DNA of 64,000 nucleotides from a virus: UHGV virus genome UHGV-0373904; one strand, 5' to 3'. Shown piece by piece: positions 53,960 to 64,000 of this stretch (position 1 is its first letter; each line of letters starts with the position of its first letter). The notes under the pieces were generated by a model. It saw only the letters and a program-made list of their open reading frames with translations, ran no database searches and was not told where the DNA came from. The position numbers and the translations under genes were made by a program.

Positions 53960-54409
53960 ATGTGTTATACAGGCGACCCAGCCAATAACCCTCTTGATAG
54001 AGTAAGAATCCTCTGCACAGACACCAATAATGATGAAATTCTTATTGAGCAGTCTGTGCTAGAGTGGTTCTATCTAGAATCTGGAAAGGATGAAAAGAAA
54101 GCAGCCATCAAAGCTCTTAAATATTTACTCTTTCAAGTAGCCAAGATGGGAGATGAGAAAGTTGGTGGTGTCTATTTACGTAACTCTTCCAGATTCAAAT
54201 CTCTGAAAGCTGTTTATGACGACCTTGTTAAAAGCTCTGTTTCAGGACTACCCTATGCAGGTGGTATTAATCAGTGTGATATTGACATGCGTCGTCAGAA
54301 TCCTTGCTCTGTCAAGAAATACACAGAATATGGTGATGCTGCCAGATACGAAGGCAGAGATTACTGCAACCGTGTTAATGGCGTATTTATTATCGAGCGA
54401 GATGAATAA
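53960..54409 (+). CDS. hypothetical head completion/connector protein
   Basis: RBS aaggaggg; ORF track. Confidence 0.4.
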   Translation: MCYTGDPANNPLDRVRILCTDTNNDEILIEQSVLEWFYLESGKDEKKAAIKALKYLLFQVAKMGDEKVGGVYLRNSSRFKSLKAVYDDLVKSSVSGLPYAGGINQCDIDMRRQNPCSVKKYTEYGDAARYEGRDYCNRVNGVFIIERDE

Positions 54410-54891
54410 TGGTTAAAAGGGTTATTCACCCCGCTAGAGCAAAATTAGTCGGGGCTATGAAGAACTTGCAAACGGCTAATGCTCAAGTTGGGTATTTTCA
54501 AGAACAAGGTCAACATAGCTCTGGTTTTTCTTATCCTGCTTTAATGTATTTACAAGAAGTTATTGGAATCCCTTCAGCTTCTGGTAAAGTATATCGTAGG
54601 TTGTTTGAAATCACTATGATGCTAAACAGACAGACCTTGTTAGAGCAGACTAAGAAGAATCTATATAAGCAACTTAGCAGTCTCAACACAGACCCTTCAA
54701 ATACCTTAGAAGCATTTGCAAAGAATGCTCAAAAGGTAATTAAAAGAGGTTTTGGTAATTCTGCTATCCTCCCTCCTAACGCACCTTCCACAGTCAAGAA
54801 AAAAGGCTTTAATGCACCTCTTGTTGAGACAGGTGACTTAAGGGATAACCTTGCTTATAAAATTTCTACTAAGAAGGGTATTAAGAAATGA
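54409..54891 (+). CDS. hypothetical structural protein
   Basis: ORF track; coupled starts. Confidence 0.4.
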   Translation: MVKRVIHPARAKLVGAMKNLQTANAQVGYFQEQGQHSSGFSYPALMYLQEVIGIPSASGKVYRRLFEITMMLNRQTLLEQTKKNLYKQLSSLNTDPSNTLEAFAKNAQKVIKRGFGNSAILPPNAPSTVKKKGFNAPLVETGDLRDNLAYKISTKKGIKK

Positions 54892-55289
54892 GACTCTTAA
54901 ACAGACACAGCTTTGTAGTAAAGCGTAAAGTCTCTGAAGACGGTTATTATAACGATGATGGTGATTGGGTAGCTTCGCAAGATATTGTAGAGGTCAACTG
55001 TAAAGGTAATATCCAGCCATATATCAAAGGTTCTGTAAAGAATGGTACACAGATTGCTTTACCGGAAGGTATTAGGCTTACTGATACAAGAATCCTGTAT
55101 ACCACATATAAGCTTAGAACTTCAGATGATGTAGAGTGGAATGAGTCTGACATTGTTATGATTGATGGTCATGAGTATGAAGTATTTATGACTATGGATT
55201 GGTCACAGCAATTAGCCCATACGTCCCATTATGAATATATCATTATTAGAAGGGATAAAATGAATGCAGTTAGAAACAGCAGAACTTGA
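54888..55289 (+). CDS. hypothetical structural protein
   Basis: ORF track. Confidence 0.4.
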   Translation: MRLLNRHSFVVKRKVSEDGYYNDDGDWVASQDIVEVNCKGNIQPYIKGSVKNGTQIALPEGIRLTDTRILYTTYKLRTSDDVEWNESDIVMIDGHEYEVFMTMDWSQQLAHTSHYEYIIIRRDKMNAVRNSRT

Positions 55290-55863
55290 AAAAAGTCTAG
55301 TTAGAACCTTAGTGGATGTTATTGGTCACAGACTAGCTCGTGATAAGAATAATAGACCAAATGTAATTAGAGCTTACCCTTCTGATAACTCAAATGACAA
55401 AGGTTTAAAACCTGACCAGCCATTTATCACCGTATACTGTCAAGATGCTGCAACACCTTATGGTTGGGTTCTTGATAAGTTTGTTGAGGATGATGTAGTT
55501 TGCTACAGAATTGCTTTTCAGATTCCAGTGTTAATTACGGTGAATGGTAAAGGTGCTCACAGTATTATGCTTGAGCTTAAACAACGATTAGAGATGAGTT
55601 CAGTCAGAGATTTAATCCTTGAAGAAACAGGAGCTACAGTACTGGACACTGGAGCAATCCCAAATGATTACACTTATCTCAATACAGATTTCGAAAATTC
55701 TGCACCTCTTGTTGTAACTCTTGTAAAAAACTCAGTCCTGAAAGATGAACGTGGAAGTATTATTGAGCGTGTCATTGTTGATGGTGAGTTAGTTTATGAA
55801 GAAGGACAAGAGCCACCAGAATATACTATCCATCTAGATGTAGACTCCAAAGGGGTAAAATAA
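55264..55863 (+). CDS. hypothetical structural protein
   Basis: ORF track. Confidence 0.4.
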   Translation: MQLETAELEKSLVRTLVDVIGHRLARDKNNRPNVIRAYPSDNSNDKGLKPDQPFITVYCQDAATPYGWVLDKFVEDDVVCYRIAFQIPVLITVNGKGAHSIMLELKQRLEMSSVRDLILEETGATVLDTGAIPNDYTYLNTDFENSAPLVVTLVKNSVLKDERGSIIERVIVDGELVYEEGQEPPEYTIHLDVDSKGVK

Positions 55864-57216
55864 ATGTGGAATCCAATTGTTAATGTAGATATTACATTGA
55901 ACACCGCAGGAACTACAAGAGAAGGTTTTGGTTTGCCACTATTCTTAGCTTCAACAGATAACTTTGAAGAAAGAGTCCGTGGTTACACTTCCTTAACTGA
56001 AGTTGCTGAAGATTTCGATGAAAACTCTGCTGCATATAAGGCTGCTAAACAACTTTGGAGTCAGACTCCTAAAGTAACTCAGCTTTATATTGGTAGACGT
56101 GCTATGCAGTACACTGTATCAATTCCTGATGCCGTTACCGAAAGTACAGACTACTCAATTACTGTAGCTGCTGGCGGTGGAATTTCTCAACCATACCAGT
56201 ACACAGCACAAGACTCAGACACTGCTGAGGTAGTGTTGCAACAGTTTAAAACACAGATTGAAGCTGACCCAACAATCAAAGATAAGGTTTCTGTGAATGT
56301 AACTGGTAGCAATGGCTCTGCCACAATGATTATTACCAAAGCTGGTGATAATGACTTTGTGAAAGTAACAACCACAGCACAGACTGTATACATTGCAAGT
56401 ACAACTGCCGATACAGCATCAACTGCTCTGGCAGCTATCGAAGCTTATTCTACTGACTGGTATTTCATTGCAGCAGAAGACAGAACTCAACAGTTTGTCT
56501 TAGCAATGGCTTCTGAGATTCAGGCTCGCAAGAAAATCTTCTTTACGGCTAACTCAGATGTAGCAGCACTGCAAGGCACAGAATTAGCCAGTGCAAATGA
56601 TGTTCCAGCACAGCTTGCTAAGAATATGTACACTCGTACAGTTTGCTTGTGGCATCACACAGCAGCAGAAGATTATCCAGAGATGGCATACATTGCTTAT
56701 GGTGCTCCATATGACGCAGGTTCGATTGCTTGGGGTAATGCTCAGCTAACTGGTGTAGCAGCTTCTCTACAACCATCTAATCAGAGACCTCTGACAAGTA
56801 TTCAGAAGTCTGCTTTAGATGCACGTCACTGTAACTTTATTGACCTTGATGGTGGTGTTCCAGTGGTTCGTAGAGGGATTACTTCTGGTGGGGAATGGAT
56901 TGATATCATCCGTGGTGTTGACTGGTTAGAATCAGACCTGAAAACTTCTCTGAGAGACTTGCTAATTAACCAGAAGGGTGGTAAGATTACTTATGATGAT
57001 ACTGGTATTACTCGTATTCGTCAAGTCATTGAAACCTCTCTGCAAAGAGCAGTCAACAGAAACTTCCTGTCATCTTACACAGTTAATGTTCCTAAAGCCT
57101 CTCAAGTTGCTTTAGCAGACAAGAAAGCACGTATCCTGAAAGACGTTACCTTCGCAGGTATCTTAGCAGGGGCTATCTTGGATGTTGACTTGAAAGGTAC
57201 AGTGGCTTACGAATAA
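55864..57216 (+). CDS. tail sheath protein (putative)
   Basis: 450 aa directly upstream of a ~150-aa tube-sized gene, chaperone pair and tape measure. Confidence 0.5.
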   Translation: MWNPIVNVDITLNTAGTTREGFGLPLFLASTDNFEERVRGYTSLTEVAEDFDENSAAYKAAKQLWSQTPKVTQLYIGRRAMQYTVSIPDAVTESTDYSITVAAGGGISQPYQYTAQDSDTAEVVLQQFKTQIEADPTIKDKVSVNVTGSNGSATMIITKAGDNDFVKVTTTAQTVYIASTTADTASTALAAIEAYSTDWYFIAAEDRTQQFVLAMASEIQARKKIFFTANSDVAALQGTELASANDVPAQLAKNMYTRTVCLWHHTAAEDYPEMAYIAYGAPYDAGSIAWGNAQLTGVAASLQPSNQRPLTSIQKSALDARHCNFIDLDGGVPVVRRGITSGGEWIDIIRGVDWLESDLKTSLRDLLINQKGGKITYDDTGITRIRQVIETSLQRAVNRNFLSSYTVNVPKASQVALADKKARILKDVTFAGILAGAILDVDLKGTVAYE

Positions 57217-57231
57217 TAGAGGTAAATTGGA

Positions 57232-57678
57232 ATGGCTATGTATCAGCAATATTCCCCTAAAGACGTTGTATGTAGCTGGAATGGTATTGCCATTGAAGGC
57301 TTTGCCCCAGATTCATTCTTGCGTCTACAGAGAACATCACCACTTGTGACACCAGTTGTTGGTGCAGGTGGTCAAGTTGCTCTGACAAGAAATGCAGACA
57401 AGACAGGTACTATTGAGATTGAGTTAATGCAGACTTCTCTCTCTAACCAGATGCTTTCTGCAATTCAAGCTAAACAAGACAATATGGAACTTGAAGAAGA
57501 TATCTCTTCTAACTTCGTAATCTACGACCCATCAGGCTCTGTTCTGGCAACTGGTATTAATGCTTGGTTGCAGGAATTACCGCAGATTGAACTTGGTCGT
57601 GACCAGAACTCTAAAACTTGGATTTTTGGTTGTGAGAAGCTAGACTACACTTCTACAATTCCAGCGTCAAGTGTTTAA
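57232..57678 (+). CDS. tail tube protein (putative)
   Basis: 148 aa after the sheath-sized gene; strong terminator follows. Confidence 0.5.
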   Translation: MAMYQQYSPKDVVCSWNGIAIEGFAPDSFLRLQRTSPLVTPVVGAGGQVALTRNADKTGTIEIELMQTSLSNQMLSAIQAKQDNMELEEDISSNFVIYDPSGSVLATGINAWLQELPQIELGRDQNSKTWIFGCEKLDYTSTIPASSV

Positions 57679-57690
57679 TAAATCCTATAA

Positions 57691-57722
57691 GGGGGAGACT
57701 TTAAAAGGTCTTCCCCTTTTTT
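57691..57722 (+). terminator. intrinsic terminator candidate
   Basis: hairpin GGGGGAGACTTTAAAAGGTCTTCCCC followed by TTTTTTG. Confidence 0.65.
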
Positions 57723-57751
57723 GTTTCTTTTAAAAGTATTAAGGAATCACA

Positions 57752-58150
57752 ATGAAAACAGAATCTAGAGTAATTAATGGTAAGAAAGTAAATATCGTTC
57801 TGCTTGGGGCGAGAGATGGTATTAAGATGTCTATGAAGTTGGGTAAAATTGTTGTTCCAACTTTTGCACAGATGCTGTCAAGTCTGACTGACAAGGGTAA
57901 GAAAGAAGCTCCAATGGTTCCATTTAAAGAACTTGTTGAAGCTTGTTTTGACAGAATTGAAGAAATTAACCTTGAAGAAATGGCTACCCTGTTATTTCAA
58001 GGGGCAACTGTTGATGACTTCCCACTTAATATTGATACGTACTTCCAAGCAAACTACGGTGAGTTTATTGATTACTTAGCATTTGCGCTGGAGGCAAACT
58101 TCGGAAGTTTTTTCGAAGCAAGCATTTTCAAAAGCCTAACTTCTCAGTAA
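57752..58150 (+). CDS. tail assembly chaperone (G-like)
   Basis: 132 aa directly upstream of tape measure; slippery heptamer near its 3' end. Confidence 0.55.
   Translation: MKTESRVINGKKVNIVLLGARDGIKMSMKLGKIVVPTFAQMLSSLTDKGKKEAPMVPFKELVEACFDRIEEINLEEMATLLFQGATVDDFPLNIDTYFQANYGEFIDYLAFALEANFGSFFEASIFKSLTSQ
58108..58114 (+). other. predicted programmed -1 ribosomal frameshift site (T_TTT_TTC)
   Basis: X_XXY_YYZ heptamer in frame of ORF 57752; the -1 frame is open from 58114 through ORF 58153-58392. Confidence 0.5.
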
Positions 58151-58152
58151 AC

Positions 58153-58391
58153 ATGGGTAACACTCTACAGACACCACTAACTGATGCTGCTGTAGAGGCA
58201 ACCTATGAAGAAGCAGACGAGATGAAATTTGTGCTTGCTATTTATGGTATGGAAGGGTGTAAAGAAACACTTGACCAACTCTTTGCTATGACATTCTCTG
58301 ATTTATTATCATTGAGACAATTTCTTGAGATTCAGAGGTCGTATAAAGAGGAAATTGCTTACAACGAACTTAGAAGAGCAGGAAAAATGTA

Positions 58392-58392
<1 letters not shown>
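58153..58392 (+). CDS. tail assembly chaperone C-terminal extension (GT-like)
   Basis: 79 aa; likely expressed mainly as a frameshift fusion with the upstream chaperone. Confidence 0.5.
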
Positions 58393-63785
<5,393 letters not shown>

Positions 63786-63786
<1 letters not shown>

Positions 63787-64000
63787 TGGCAGGATTAACT
63801 ACAACAGGATTACAAACTCTAAGATATCAGGAAATTTTTGATAATATTAAATCAAGACTTCTTAGAGATATTTCACCAAACCTTGACGTTTCTGAAGACA
63901 GTCAATTAGGTCTCTTTCTAGCTTCAATTTCAAGGTCTTTAGCAGACACCCATGAAGTCCTGTCAGAAATTTATGATGGTGGGACGATTGATAAAGCTGA
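63786..64000 (+). CDS. baseplate protein, 5' partial (runs off window)
   Basis: ATG 63786 overlapping upstream stop; open to window end. Confidence 0.35.

Overview
This window reads as a contiguous segment of a large, AT-rich virulent myovirus genome; the gene content resembles Felix O1-like phages, but that is an inference from gene repertoire, not a database match. All calls were made by eye from the sequence and ORF track; RNA and regulatory coordinates are approximate (about +/-3 nt). Layout, left to right: (1) a rightward nucleotide-metabolism block (nrdA, nrdB, glutaredoxin-like, nrdD, nrdG, an HNH endonuclease), then an adjacent Prs-like/NAMPT-like gene pair, rIIA/rIIB-like genes, a secreted transglycosylase-like protein, a lipoprotein pair and a macro-domain protein; (2) about 7 kb of 17 small rightward ORFs (22.4-29.3 kb), each with a standardised hairpin leader and ribosome-binding site; (3) a 1.6 kb coding desert full of short word repeats (29.3-30.95 kb); (4) a leftward block of 18 genes including a T4-type lysozyme and a protein with three tandem Ig-like domains; (5) a vWA/MIDAS protein with Ro60-like organisation directly upstream of an array of about 27 tRNA genes covering all 20 amino acids, interspersed with inverted-repeat-bounded elements and one T-arm-before-D-arm tRNA-like module; (6) the start of the structural module (large terminase, portal, S49-type prohead protease/scaffold, decoration protein, major capsid, sheath, tube, chaperone pair with a predicted -1 frameshift, tape measure, baseplate genes). 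The most interesting candidates are the Prs-like/NAMPT-like pair (NAD+ reconstitution anti-defence architecture), the Ro60-like protein plus structured elements in the tRNA array, the repeat-rich coding desert, and the modular small-gene array. No rRNA, CRISPR array, integrase or transposase was seen.
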